Positions 45,603 to 55,110 of a stretch of DNA of 64,000 nucleotides are shown piece after piece. Positions within the stretch are counted from its first letter, which is position 1. Each line of letters begins with the position of its first letter. The translations under genes and the position numbers were made by a program. Below the pieces are notes generated by a model. That model was not told the origin of the DNA, did not search any database, and saw only the letters and a program-made list of their open reading frames with translations. Origin of the DNA: a virus (Duplodnaviria; Caudoviricetes); the IMG/VR virus record IMGVR_UViG_3300037295_000263, positions 96,001 to 160,000 of that record. The stretch is one strand, 5' to 3'.

Positions 45603-45741
45603 GTTTTAACCACCATTTGTAATTGTTCCAATATTGATTAATTGTAGCAGGACTTTCGCTGTACGTCAACCGTTCGTCGCAGTTCTGCCTCCACAACTCT
45701 TCGACCCACTGCCTAAAAGCACTTGATTTTTGAATTGACAT
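45568..45741 (-). CDS. Hypothetical Trp-rich small protein
   Basis: Probable start MSIQKSS after GGAGG. Confidence 0.55.
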   Translation of the reverse strand: MSIQKSSAFRQWVEELWRQNCDERLTYSESPATINQYWNNYKWWLKREYRHRQRRTN

Positions 45742-45752
45742 AACATGGCCTC

Positions 45753-46589
45753 CTAGGTCCATAATCCGTGGCGTACTCGAATTAATCTTATCATCATATC
45801 TTCTTCTTCCTGCTCGTAATTTGCTTCCATTTTAGTTAGAATTTTGTAAGCACAGTCGTGTTCTTCTCGCAGCACAGGATCTGTCGGCTGACTAAAACTT
45901 AGCCTACCGCCGTTTTCTTGTCGTTGTCGCTCGCAAACGGCTGACCATCCACTAGCATGGTAAGGATCTGGACGGTTACGATATGTGTCAGTCCACCAAA
46001 TGTAGAGATCTAATATTTCTTGAGCTTTGATTGCTTGTTGAGTTAACTTGTCCACATCTGGGCTGTCTTCTCCAACTTCATCTTCTTGCCATCGTAAGTT
46101 ACGTTGCCATTCTAAGTTGTCTAAACCTGCTTGTGTGCTGCGCCATGTTCTTGATCTAAACCAGCCCGTGGCCCAAAATGGTGCAGAATATTTTTTACAC
46201 TGTTCTTCGTCGCCCCACGCAATTTGGCTCCATGCTAGTTCAACTTCGACAAAATCAACTAGTTCATTAAACAGGCAAGGAAGAAACCGGTTGCCGGTAT
46301 CACACCAGCTGCCTGGTTTGATATCTTTTTTATCTGCAGTAAGAGCGTGTGTGCGAGTTACCCATCTGTTGTTTATATAGTACTTGATGCTGTGTAAAGT
46401 ATCCGGAATGTAATAGACTACATTTGAGATATACCGTAGTCCTTCTTCTGCTATCCAGTAACGTATTGGATGTGATAATTTGGCAGCATCGTCCCATTCG
46501 TCCCACCCTTCGCTTGTAGCACAGGAAGGCTTTTTAGTTCCCCTAAGCCAATCGGCAAACTTTGAACAACTCCAATAGTGCGATCTCAT
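45753..46589 (-). CDS. Hypothetical Trp-rich protein
   Basis: 278 aa; SD AAGGAAG. Confidence 0.8.
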   Translation of the reverse strand: MRSHYWSCSKFADWLRGTKKPSCATSEGWDEWDDAAKLSHPIRYWIAEEGLRYISNVVYYIPDTLHSIKYYINNRWVTRTHALTADKKDIKPGSWCDTGNRFLPCLFNELVDFVEVELAWSQIAWGDEEQCKKYSAPFWATGWFRSRTWRSTQAGLDNLEWQRNLRWQEDEVGEDSPDVDKLTQQAIKAQEILDLYIWWTDTYRNRPDPYHASGWSAVCERQRQENGGRLSFSQPTDPVLREEHDCAYKILTKMEANYEQEEEDMMIRLIRVRHGLWT

Positions 46590-46609
46590 ATACTTCCTTT
46601 AGTGTTAAA

Positions 46610-47281
46610 TTACTTTCGATTTCCAAACAACTGTAGTAGCTGTAAAAACAAATTGATAAAGTCCAGGTACAATGTCAATGCGCCCATAATCTCTGCTTTG
46701 CTTGTATCGCCACCATACGACACTGCTTCGCGAATCTTCTGAGTGTCATACGCAGTCAATCCTAGAAACACGATAATAGCAATAGCCGAGATGGTCATTT
46801 GCAGCGCAGTTGATCCAATAAACAGATTTATCACACTGGCAATAATCACAGCAATAAGCCCCACAAACATATATTGACCAAGACTGGTTAAATCTTTTTT
46901 GGTAAAGTAACCATAAAAACTTAGTACTCCAAATAGCACAGCCGCTCCCATAAACGCAGTAAAGATACTGCCCATAGTATAAACAGCAAAGATCATGGAA
47001 AAACTCAATCCCATTAATGCCGCAAAGCCGTATAGGAATAGTTGTAATCCGGTTTTAGTAAAGTGTTCCATGGCAAAGCTCATTACTAGTATAGCAGCCA
47101 ACGGAGAAAGAATCACGATCCATTTTAATATGCCAGTAAAAAAGAACTGTAGTAATTCTGGACTTGATCCTACAAAATAGCTAACCACCATACTGATTAA
47201 TACTGCTATGCCCATATGGCCATAAACTCGACCCATTGCTTCGTTTAGTTCCGAAGCTGAACGATAAGAAGTTGCGTACAT
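46610..47281 (-). CDS. BAX inhibitor-1/YccA-family membrane protein
   Basis: Seven TM segments; TKKDLT, TAYDTQKI and ALTLYLDFINLF. Confidence 0.93.
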   Translation of the reverse strand: MYATSYRSASELNEAMGRVYGHMGIAVLISMVVSYFVGSSPELLQFFFTGILKWIVILSPLAAILVMSFAMEHFTKTGLQLFLYGFAALMGLSFSMIFAVYTMGSIFTAFMGAAVLFGVLSFYGYFTKKDLTSLGQYMFVGLIAVIIASVINLFIGSTALQMTISAIAIIVFLGLTAYDTQKIREAVSYGGDTSKAEIMGALTLYLDFINLFLQLLQLFGNRK

Positions 47282-47292
47282 TATAATCCTTG

Positions 47293-48135
47293 TTAAACAG
47301 CCATATCGGCCTTGATTGGTGGGTGCGGAATGTACCCATCTAGTTTAAAGCTATCAACAGTATACTGGTCTATTGGCTTTGTGTCAAACTTTAAAGTAGG
47401 AAGTGGACGAATATCTCTACTTAATTGTTCGCGTACCGCATCAAAGTGGTTGTTGTAGATATGACAATCACCACCTGTCCAAATAAAGTCGCCTACTTCG
47501 AGTCCACACTCCCTAGCAATGATATGAGTAAGTAAGCTATAGCTGGCAATGTTAAAAGGTACACCTAAAAACATATCACAACTACGTTGATACATTTGAC
47601 AACTAAGTTCACCGTCTGTAACATCAAATTGGCTCAGTATGTGGCACGGAGGTAATACCATGTAGTTTAGCTCAGCAGGATTCCACGCTGACACAATATG
47701 ACGCCTACTGCTAGGATCTTTCTTGATACCGTCAATTAAATTTTTAATTTGATCAACGGAAACTCCGCCTCTTGGAGATTCCCATCTACGCCATTGTACT
47801 CCGTATACTCGTCCTAGGTCACCCGGAAACAGAGCTTTTTGTTTCCAGTAATCGGCTTGAGCATTTGCTGTCCAAATAGTTTTCTTGTCCGATTCGTCCG
47901 AACCATGCAATATCTTGGCCAGTCTGCGCTCATTACCACTTCCTTCCAAAAACCAAAGTAGCTCACTTACTACAGCACGCCATGCCAATTGCTTTGTAGT
48001 AACTGCCGGAAACGAATGACGCAAGTCAAATCTCATTTGGTATCCAAATACTGACCTAGTACCTACTCCAGTACGATCTGTCTTGTCACGTCCATGGGCC
48101 ATGACATGTTCTAATGCTTGACTATATTCTTTCAT
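47293..48135 (-). CDS. thyA: Thymidylate synthase
   Basis: DRTGVGT, LPPCH, YQRSCDMFLGVPFNIASY and HIYNNH. Confidence 0.98.
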   Translation of the reverse strand: MKEYSQALEHVMAHGRDKTDRTGVGTRSVFGYQMRFDLRHSFPAVTTKQLAWRAVVSELLWFLEGSGNERRLAKILHGSDESDKKTIWTANAQADYWKQKALFPGDLGRVYGVQWRRWESPRGGVSVDQIKNLIDGIKKDPSSRRHIVSAWNPAELNYMVLPPCHILSQFDVTDGELSCQMYQRSCDMFLGVPFNIASYSLLTHIIARECGLEVGDFIWTGGDCHIYNNHFDAVREQLSRDIRPLPTLKFDTKPIDQYTVDSFKLDGYIPHPPIKADMAV

Positions 48136-48604
48136 AAACCTCCACAGTGCAGGAACTACAGTCTCTGCTATTTGTTAATTTAAATCCTGATAAAATTTCC
48201 GGTAAATTTAAATGAGTATCGCACATAAAATCTCCAGGAATCCGTGTAATGTACAAGCATTCTAAAACAGGCAATGCTTGTTTTAATATGTTAGCACCTC
48301 CTATAACAAATAAATTTTTAGTAGGTCGAAGCTTGTAAAATTTTAAAAGGCCTTCACATACATCCCCGCTAAATTGATCGATGTCTAGACGATCAAGAAA
48401 GTTATTAGTTATTACAACATTAACTCTATTAGGTAACGGTTTGACCATATCAGGACTGTCCCAGGTCTGTCTTCCCATTACTACCACACTATCTGTAGTT
48501 ATATGTTTAAACCACTGCATGTCTTCCTTGTTACGAGGCCATGGTATAGTTCCATCTCTTCCTATTCCACCGAGGTCATCGACTGCAAATACTGCTCCGA
48601 TCAT
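48122..48604 (-). CDS. folA: Dihydrofolate reductase
   Basis: GIGRDGTIPW, VVMGRQTW, PLPNRVN and VIGG. Confidence 0.95.
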   Translation of the reverse strand: MIGAVFAVDDLGGIGRDGTIPWPRNKEDMQWFKHITTDSVVVMGRQTWDSPDMVKPLPNRVNVVITNNFLDRLDIDQFSGDVCEGLLKFYKLRPTKNLFVIGGANILKQALPVLECLYITRIPGDFMCDTHLNLPEILSGFKLTNSRDCSSCTVEVYERI

Positions 48605-48996
48605 CTTTTTAAAATCTCCATTAATTTTTCTTTCTCTAAGATTTCTTTTTCCAATGCTTCATATTGTTCTTTTATTTGCCTAAGACTATCCCACTTTGTT
48701 TCTAGTTCAGGATTACCATTTAAAATAACTAAGCGTTTTTCTATAGCGTCTAACGATTTAACTAAACTTTTGCCTGCAAGTACTATGTCATCTTCTGTTA
48801 TGCAAGTGCGACCGACAGTAATGTACGATGTTGGAGAATAACTCATATCCGGATTACAGGTGTAGTTGTAGTTAACAGGGTACGTTGATGAATCCATAGT
48901 AATAGTATTAGTAGTGCTTCCGCCAGTAATAGTTAAATCACTATAAGTGTAGCCACTACCAAGACTAACAGTTACAATGTCGTCTTGATCGTCCAT
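48601..48996 (-). CDS. Hypothetical protein
   Basis: 131 aa; Ser/Thr-rich N-terminus and coiled-coil C-terminus. Confidence 0.7.
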   Translation of the reverse strand: MDDQDDIVTVSLGSGYTYSDLTITGGSTTNTITMDSSTYPVNYNYTCNPDMSYSPTSYITVGRTCITEDDIVLAGKSLVKSLDAIEKRLVILNGNPELETKWDSLRQIKEQYEALEKEILEKEKLMEILKR

Positions 48997-48998
48997 AG

Positions 48999-49196
48999 TT
49001 ACGCTGCTTTTTTAGCTTCTGCTCTAGCATTTTTTTCAGCAGTAATTTCATTGCGGCGTGCTTTTACACCTTTGGCAACTTCTTGCAATGCTTTGCGACT
49101 GCGTGTGCCTGCTGCTGCATTTCCTGCTGAAAACTTAGTATCTTCTGCTAAAAATTCTTCAAAGTCTTTTTTTAATTGCTCTACTGTGTTTGACAT
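48999..49196 (-). CDS. Histone H1-like (Hc1-type) small DNA-binding protein
   Basis: KFSAGNAAAGTRSRKALQE motif; Ala/Lys-rich tail. Confidence 0.75.
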   Translation of the reverse strand: MSNTVEQLKKDFEEFLAEDTKFSAGNAAAGTRSRKALQEVAKGVKARRNEITAEKNARAEAKKAA

Positions 49197-49240
49197 ATTG
49201 TTTCCTTTTAAAATGTCTTTTACTTATATCGTATTACTTA

Positions 49241-49340
49241 TATGGCTGGTAGGACTCGAACCTACAAAGCGGTATCTATGATGTTGCTATTCCCTTTAAA
49301 CTAAGTTTATCGGAGGTCTGCCAATTCCTCTCACAGCCAT
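49241..49340 (-). tRNA. Aberrant tRNA-like RNA (class II/Leu-like scaffold, non-canonical anticodon arm)
   Basis: Acceptor ATGGCTG/CAGCCAT + A discriminator; D-arm GAGG-AATTGGCAGA-CCTC; T-arm GTAGG-TTCGAGT-CCTAC; no encoded CCA. Confidence 0.65.
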
Positions 49341-49346
49341 GTCACT

Positions 49347-49375
49347 AGTATATAACCGCATTTTATTAAAATCAA
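49347..49375 (-). promoter_or_regulatory. Sigma70-type promoter for the tRNA-like RNA
   Basis: TTGATT-17 nt-TATACT; predicted +1 near 49340. Confidence 0.75.
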
Positions 49376-49400
49376 TGCCGCGTTTATTAAATAATACTAG

Positions 49401-50393
49401 ATGATGACAACTAAATTTAAAAATATTCCGTTTCAAAGTATTGCGAAATTTGGACAGCGTACTATGCTGTCGCGCCCTTTATTCTCAACAAGTTGGATTT
49501 TGGGAAGGTTCTGCAACTATAAGTGTAGCTACTGCTGGCCTTATGCTCGCAGTGACAAAATAGATCACCAGTCATTGGAAACTTACACGCATACTATAGA
49601 CGAAATTAAACGGCAGGCTCGCCAAAATGGATTCACCGAGTTCCACTGGAGCTTTAGTGGAGGTGAGCCTACTGCTTACAAACAGTTAACAGAATTAATT
49701 AAACACTTAGACGATGGTGATGCAACACCGTATCAAAGCATTCACATGACAACCAATTTATCGCCAGGTGTGAAATGGTGGAAATCATGGGTTGAAACAA
49801 CAAGAGTACTGCAACGATGCAGCATCACTGCCAGCTTTCATGATGAGTTTGCCAAGGAACAAGAGTTTGGAGACAAGATCTTATACCTAATGAGTGAGGG
49901 GGTGCATGTCACAATCAATCAAGTAATGGTTCCGGAAAAGTTTAACGAACTGTATGAACGCTTAGCACGTTTTGCCTACCTCGGGATTAATGTCACCCTG
50001 AAACCTCAAAGTGATCCCACTGCCAGTCAAGTAGTATCCGGTTATACCGATAGCATGATTTCCGCCATGCGTACAGGATTCCCACAACACGCCAACGGTG
50101 AAGACACTTATCAGATAGCACTATACGATGCAAATGATACTGAATACTTGTTTGATCAAGCAGAACGATTTAATGCGTTTGGATTCAACAAGTTTACCAA
50201 TTGGACTTGCAATTCAGGGTATCAAAGTGTTATAATAAGAGGTAATGAAGTTAAACGTGGCTATAGTTGCCACGATCACCCGTTAGGCAATATATTAACA
50301 GGATTTGATCTGTTCAATGAGCCACAATCATGTATAACACCCAGTTGTGTTAGTTCAGCGGATTCAAAGATACCAAAATGCAAAATTATTTAA
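49401..50393 (+). CDS. Radical SAM enzyme with C-terminal Cys-rich (twitch/SPASM-like) domain
   Basis: CNYKCSYC, FSGGEPT; C-terminal CNSG...SC...CITPSC. Confidence 0.92.
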   Translation: MMTTKFKNIPFQSIAKFGQRTMLSRPLFSTSWILGRFCNYKCSYCWPYARSDKIDHQSLETYTHTIDEIKRQARQNGFTEFHWSFSGGEPTAYKQLTELIKHLDDGDATPYQSIHMTTNLSPGVKWWKSWVETTRVLQRCSITASFHDEFAKEQEFGDKILYLMSEGVHVTINQVMVPEKFNELYERLARFAYLGINVTLKPQSDPTASQVVSGYTDSMISAMRTGFPQHANGEDTYQIALYDANDTEYLFDQAERFNAFGFNKFTNWTCNSGYQSVIIRGNEVKRGYSCHDHPLGNILTGFDLFNEPQSCITPSCVSSADSKIPKCKII

Positions 50394-51139
50394 TCTGGAA
50401 TACAATGTTAGATGACGTCAGGAAGAATAGATTTCTCCCTGTAGATTGCAAAATGTCTAAGATCTTTGCAGAATCAGACACTGAAGAGCTGTTTAATGCT
50501 AACTTAAAAACTCAACCCGCAGATTGGGAATATCGAACTAAACCAATTAATTATACCTATAACAAAGACTTCTACAGAACAGGTGAATTTAAAAACTTAG
50601 ATTGGGCAAATAGTATTGTGATATTCGGATGCAGTAATGTTTTTGGAGTTGGGCAAGACGAGTACGACACCGTGTCCAGCACAGTAGAACGACTGGTAGG
50701 AATGCCAGTTATCAATATGGGGGTAGGTGGGTCGAGTATTAATTTTTCATTGCATAACAGCATTATAATGAGTCGAGAGTACCCAACACCAAAGGCTGTA
50801 GTGCATCTCTGGACCGAAGAGTCTCGATGCGTATATTATTCTAAAAAGAAATTATTTAATCTAGGTAGTTGGAATAGGAGAGAACGATATGATTATTTTA
50901 ATGCGTGGACTGCTGACCCTTATAACTATAAGACTAATGCACTTTTTGCTAGTTTAATTAGCCAACAGCTATGGGAAGGAAAATGCAAGTATTATGAGGC
51001 CAGTTATTTTGAAGAAACCTCCAAGACTTTAAAGTGCGATAAACTTAAAAGTATTGATCTATCAAGAGATATTATACATTACGGTCCCAAGACAACATTG
51101 TATGCAGCAACAAAAATTGCTAATAATTTAAACTTATGA
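50378..51139 (+). CDS. SGNH/GDSL-like fold protein
   Basis: FGCSNVFGVG, INMGVGGSS and DIIHYG (D-x-x-H). Confidence 0.55.
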   Translation: MQNYLIWNTMLDDVRKNRFLPVDCKMSKIFAESDTEELFNANLKTQPADWEYRTKPINYTYNKDFYRTGEFKNLDWANSIVIFGCSNVFGVGQDEYDTVSSTVERLVGMPVINMGVGGSSINFSLHNSIIMSREYPTPKAVVHLWTEESRCVYYSKKKLFNLGSWNRRERYDYFNAWTADPYNYKTNALFASLISQQLWEGKCKYYEASYFEETSKTLKCDKLKSIDLSRDIIHYGPKTTLYAATKIANNLNL

Positions 51140-51726
51140 ACATAGATACAGATCACTTGCATTATTGGATGCAAGCAATACGTCAGAGCACAGATCCTAT
51201 GCGTACTATGGATGCGTTTTGGTCAGGACAAATTAAAAGCAAAGAATGGCTAATTAGTTGTTTAACACAATATGTAAACAAACCGGTGACTATAGATATA
51301 CACGGTGGATGGGTTGGCACTTTAGCAAGTTTATTATTTCAAAGCAGTCTTCCTATAAAACACATTAATAGCATCGACATAGATCCATGTGTGAATTCGA
51401 TTGCTATTAACATGAATAAACTAGAAGAAATAGAAGGAAGATTTCAAGCGTTTACAGCAGATATGTGCAACACTCATTCAGTTGCAGATATTATTATAAA
51501 TACTAGCTGCGAACATATTACCCAAGAACAATACAATACGTGGCTTAAGAATCAGCCAACCGATAGTATATTACTAGTACAAAGTAACAATTACGATATA
51601 CCTGAGCATATAAGAACAGCAAGTTCCTTAGATCATTTTGTTGAACAAAGCAACCTGGATGTATCATTAGCAGTAGAACTAACATTACCGTTATATAAAA
51701 GATTTATGATTATCGGAAAAAAATAG
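51136..51726 (+). CDS. Class I SAM-dependent methyltransferase-like protein
   Basis: IDIHGGWVG, SIDID and IINTSCEH. Confidence 0.7.
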   Translation: MNIDTDHLHYWMQAIRQSTDPMRTMDAFWSGQIKSKEWLISCLTQYVNKPVTIDIHGGWVGTLASLLFQSSLPIKHINSIDIDPCVNSIAINMNKLEEIEGRFQAFTADMCNTHSVADIIINTSCEHITQEQYNTWLKNQPTDSILLVQSNNYDIPEHIRTASSLDHFVEQSNLDVSLAVELTLPLYKRFMIIGKK

Positions 51727-51802
51727 CATATCTGTTTTGTTTATAGGTTAAATTTTCTTTGATAATTAAGTGTACAACATTACTTTTAAACTTAAAAATT
51801 AT

Positions 51803-52723
51803 ATGAAAATTTTAATAACAGGAACTTCAGGGTTCATCGGTTCGCATTTGTCAACGTTTCTGGCAGTGAACAATGCAGTACACTCGCTAACGAGCGATTT
51901 GCTAGACCATGCAGCAGTACAAGAAGAAGTAAAATCTATATCTCCCGATATCATTGTACACTTGGCAGCAAGAACAGAAGTAGAAAAAAGCTTTTACGAA
52001 CAAGTAACATTTAGCGAAATAAATTATGTAGGCACAGTCAATCTAATTGAAGCTGCTGCCAAAGTAAAAAATTTAAAAAACTTTGTATTCGCTAGTACTA
52101 TGGAAGTATACGGGTGGCAGCCAATTAGCGACGAAGTTCAGTCACATAGTATTCCACAGACATTTATTTCATTCGATGAAAATACTCAGCCTAATCCGAA
52201 TGCTCCGTATTCTGTAGCTAAGTATGCTTGTGAAAAATATTTACAGTATGCCCATAGATGCTTAGGACTCCCGTTTACAATTATACGTCAAACAAATGCA
52301 TACGGTCGCAGAGATAATGTATTTTTTGTAACTGAACAAATTATTACACAAATGCTAAATTGTCCTACTGAAATAAATCTAGGATACTCCGAACCTTATA
52401 GAAATTTTATTTTTATCACCGACTTATTAGCAGCATGGCAAGTAGTTGTTGGCAACCCCGCGAAAGTTAATGACGGCAAAATTTTTACCATCGGGCCTGA
52501 CAATCCTATCAAAATACGAGACTACGCTAATCTAATTGCTAAAAAGCTAAATTGGAATGGGCAAATTAATTGGGACACTAAACCGCATCGTCCAGGAGAA
52601 ATATTTTGGTTAAATAGCAATCATAACTTGATTACAGAGCTTACCGGGTGGAAACCTGAAGTTAGCTTAGATACCGGACTAGATTTAACTATCGACATTT
52701 GGAAACAAAAAATTAAAAAATGA
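51803..52723 (+). CDS. NAD-dependent epimerase/dehydratase (extended SDR, NDP-sugar)
   Basis: ITGTSGFIG, VHLAA, YSVAK (YxxxK), NAYG and HRPGE; probable start 51803. Confidence 0.93.
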   Translation: MKILITGTSGFIGSHLSTFLAVNNAVHSLTSDLLDHAAVQEEVKSISPDIIVHLAARTEVEKSFYEQVTFSEINYVGTVNLIEAAAKVKNLKNFVFASTMEVYGWQPISDEVQSHSIPQTFISFDENTQPNPNAPYSVAKYACEKYLQYAHRCLGLPFTIIRQTNAYGRRDNVFFVTEQIITQMLNCPTEINLGYSEPYRNFIFITDLLAAWQVVVGNPAKVNDGKIFTIGPDNPIKIRDYANLIAKKLNWNGQINWDTKPHRPGEIFWLNSNHNLITELTGWKPEVSLDTGLDLTIDIWKQKIKK

Positions 52724-53403
52724 CTACTAAAAACTGGAAACCTTATCTCAAGTTAGGTGCTAACGGTTTTCCGTGCATGGCACAGCAGACGTATGAACCA
52801 CTAGTAAGCCCTGACGGAGATACATTTTGTAAAAATTATAACTTTCCAAATAACTATCAGTATTTAGAAACTAAAGATAGACCGTTATATACTCAAGAAG
52901 TAGTTGACTGGTTTTTCCAAAACGAAGTAAGATGGATTGAATATTTTAAAAACAAACCATACAGTCCTGAAATAATCGACATTGATTTCAAACGTAAAAA
53001 AATATTCTTAAAATGGTATAAAGAATCGTGCAACCAAGTAATGTTTTCCGGCAGAAGTTGGCCTACTGAATGGCTAGATAAAATAAAAAATATAATTCTA
53101 GACCAGTATGCTACAGGAGTGTATAAATTAACCATGTATCCACATTGTCACTATATCGACAGTCACGACAACATGCGAGCAATCGATTGGTACGGATGTG
53201 TGTTAGTGGCAAATCCGTACATAGAAGAAAAATACATGCAAGGGATTATTCACGAAACTGCACAATTTCGATTAGATGAAACAGGATCTGCTATCGATAA
53301 TAAACTAAATTTAGAGATTATGTTTAAAAGAAGTTTAGGACAACATGTTATGTGGGGAGAACAAAACATGAGTTATATATACAAGGAATTATTCGATGCC
53401 TAA
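52720..53403 (+). CDS. Kinase-like fold protein (tentative)
   Basis: E-helix FQNEV, YPHCHYID and AIDWYG (DFG-like). Confidence 0.4.
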   Translation: MTTKNWKPYLKLGANGFPCMAQQTYEPLVSPDGDTFCKNYNFPNNYQYLETKDRPLYTQEVVDWFFQNEVRWIEYFKNKPYSPEIIDIDFKRKKIFLKWYKESCNQVMFSGRSWPTEWLDKIKNIILDQYATGVYKLTMYPHCHYIDSHDNMRAIDWYGCVLVANPYIEEKYMQGIIHETAQFRLDETGSAIDNKLNLEIMFKRSLGQHVMWGEQNMSYIYKELFDA

Positions 53404-53977
53404 GTTTATTTGCAATACTAATAATTTTATAAACTGGAATAATTTTATAGAAACTATCGACTATCACGGCAGTGTTATGCCTAACTTCTTATTTGATGTG
53501 TCAAAAACTATAGAAGAAAATTTAGTTATAGAAGTACCAGAAGGAAAAGGATTGCCTACTGATGATTACACATCCATCGAAAACACTACTCGGTCTCCAT
53601 TTAACTGGCATTCGGTAAATTGGACTGACTATAACTTAGAACACTCTGCAATCGTTGACAAGATTTCTTTATATTTAGAAGTAAATGTGCTGCGATCATT
53701 TGTTTCAAAAGTAGATCCCGGTATCTGTGTTCCGTTGCACTGGGACATCGGAGATGTACAATTTAGGACCAAGGATAACTTAGATAAAATATTCAGATAT
53801 ACTTGTTTCATACGTCCGCCTGTAGCAGGACAGACATTTTCGGTCGATCAGCATTGCTTTTATAACGAAAAAGAAGGAAACTTGTACGAGTGGAACCACT
53901 ACACCGATGTGCATTCTACATTCAATGCCAGCACAGAACCACATTATATATTCCATCTAGTAGGCGAGAAAAAATGA
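53396..53977 (+). CDS. Fe(II)/2OG oxygenase, Asp/Asn beta-hydroxylase-like
   Basis: PLHWD...HSTFN (HxD...H). Confidence 0.7.
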   Translation: MPKFICNTNNFINWNNFIETIDYHGSVMPNFLFDVSKTIEENLVIEVPEGKGLPTDDYTSIENTTRSPFNWHSVNWTDYNLEHSAIVDKISLYLEVNVLRSFVSKVDPGICVPLHWDIGDVQFRTKDNLDKIFRYTCFIRPPVAGQTFSVDQHCFYNEKEGNLYEWNHYTDVHSTFNASTEPHYIFHLVGEKK

Positions 53978-54561
53978 AAATTAAATTAATAGGAAATACT
54001 GCAGACTTAATCGATTGGGATCGTATTATATTAACATGTCAAGAGAATTTCGAAAATTCCGACAAAAATACGGTTACCTCAGTAGTAGACCGAAGTGAGG
54101 CTGGAGATTCAACAGAAGACAATTGGTTATTAGATAATTACCGATCTGTAATTGGTAATTGGAAAAATGCAGGATATAACTTATCAGAAATAGTGTGGTA
54201 CGACTATTATCCAGGGCAACACTTTCCGATGGAGATACAGGAAGTATTTTCTAAATTTGTCGGAGCTGAACCGTTGCGTGTTTTTATTAGCGAAGTTCTT
54301 CCAGGCGCAGTTATTCCTTATCACTGGGACGTGGAAGATAAAGAACAAGAATGGCTTGCAAATTATGGACAATTGTACAGATATGTATGTTGCATAGATA
54401 AACCCAAAACTGGTGCTGGGCTGTTTTTCGATGAAGATTACTTATATCTTAATAAACAAGGAGATGTTTACGAATGGGCCAATTATAAAGATCATCATTC
54501 TAGTGCAAATTCAGGGGAGCATCCATCATATTACTTCCACTTTTTAGGATACAAAAAATGA
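53974..54561 (+). CDS. Fe(II)/2OG oxygenase, Asp/Asn beta-hydroxylase-like
   Basis: PYHWD...HSSAN; start reassigned to 53974 (ATGA overlap). Confidence 0.7.
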   Translation: MKIKLIGNTADLIDWDRIILTCQENFENSDKNTVTSVVDRSEAGDSTEDNWLLDNYRSVIGNWKNAGYNLSEIVWYDYYPGQHFPMEIQEVFSKFVGAEPLRVFISEVLPGAVIPYHWDVEDKEQEWLANYGQLYRYVCCIDKPKTGAGLFFDEDYLYLNKQGDVYEWANYKDHHSSANSGEHPSYYFHFLGYKK

Positions 54562-55106
54562 AATATATTGGAAATTGTAGTAACATTATTGATTGGGATA
54601 CTGTTATATCCAGTTTCGAATTTGCAACTCCTTCTTATGTAGGACCTAGCCACAAAAAAGGCGACAACATTCCTGGATTAGACGAAGTTGCTGACTTATG
54701 GGAACGAGCAAAATTTAGAACAGTTCACGACGACTCTAATGGTACTGTGGGATGGGATATGTTTTTATCTGGAAAAGATTTTGACGAAAGAATCACAGAG
54801 AAATTTTTAAATTTTGTAAACGTTCCTGGATACACTTCTTGTTGGATAAGCAGAATTAATATAGGAAAGATGGCTCCGTGGCATTGGGACGTAAATGATA
54901 ACGAAGAACAATTATCAAAAGAACCTGAAAAGAAAAGATTTCACTGTCATATAGGTAAACCTCAACACGGGCATGTCTTTTTACTAGAAGACCAGTGCTT
55001 TTATAATCAAAAACAAGGAGCAACTTACGAATGGTCTGCAAGAACATTGTGGCATGCAGGTATGAATTCCGGATTAACTCCCAAATACATTTTAAACTTA
55101 TGGTAA
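54558..55106 (+). CDS. Fe(II)/2OG oxygenase, Asp/Asn beta-hydroxylase-like
   Basis: PWHWD...HAGMN. Confidence 0.7.
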   Translation: MKYIGNCSNIIDWDTVISSFEFATPSYVGPSHKKGDNIPGLDEVADLWERAKFRTVHDDSNGTVGWDMFLSGKDFDERITEKFLNFVNVPGYTSCWISRINIGKMAPWHWDVNDNEEQLSKEPEKKRFHCHIGKPQHGHVFLLEDQCFYNQKQGATYEWSARTLWHAGMNSGLTPKYILNLW

Positions 55107-55110
55107 CATT

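Noticed and set aside
49241-49340. tmRNA or tRNA-Sec interpretation
   Set aside because: No tmRNA tag ORF or GGGG acceptor/G-U identity; no UCA anticodon or 8-bp acceptor stem.
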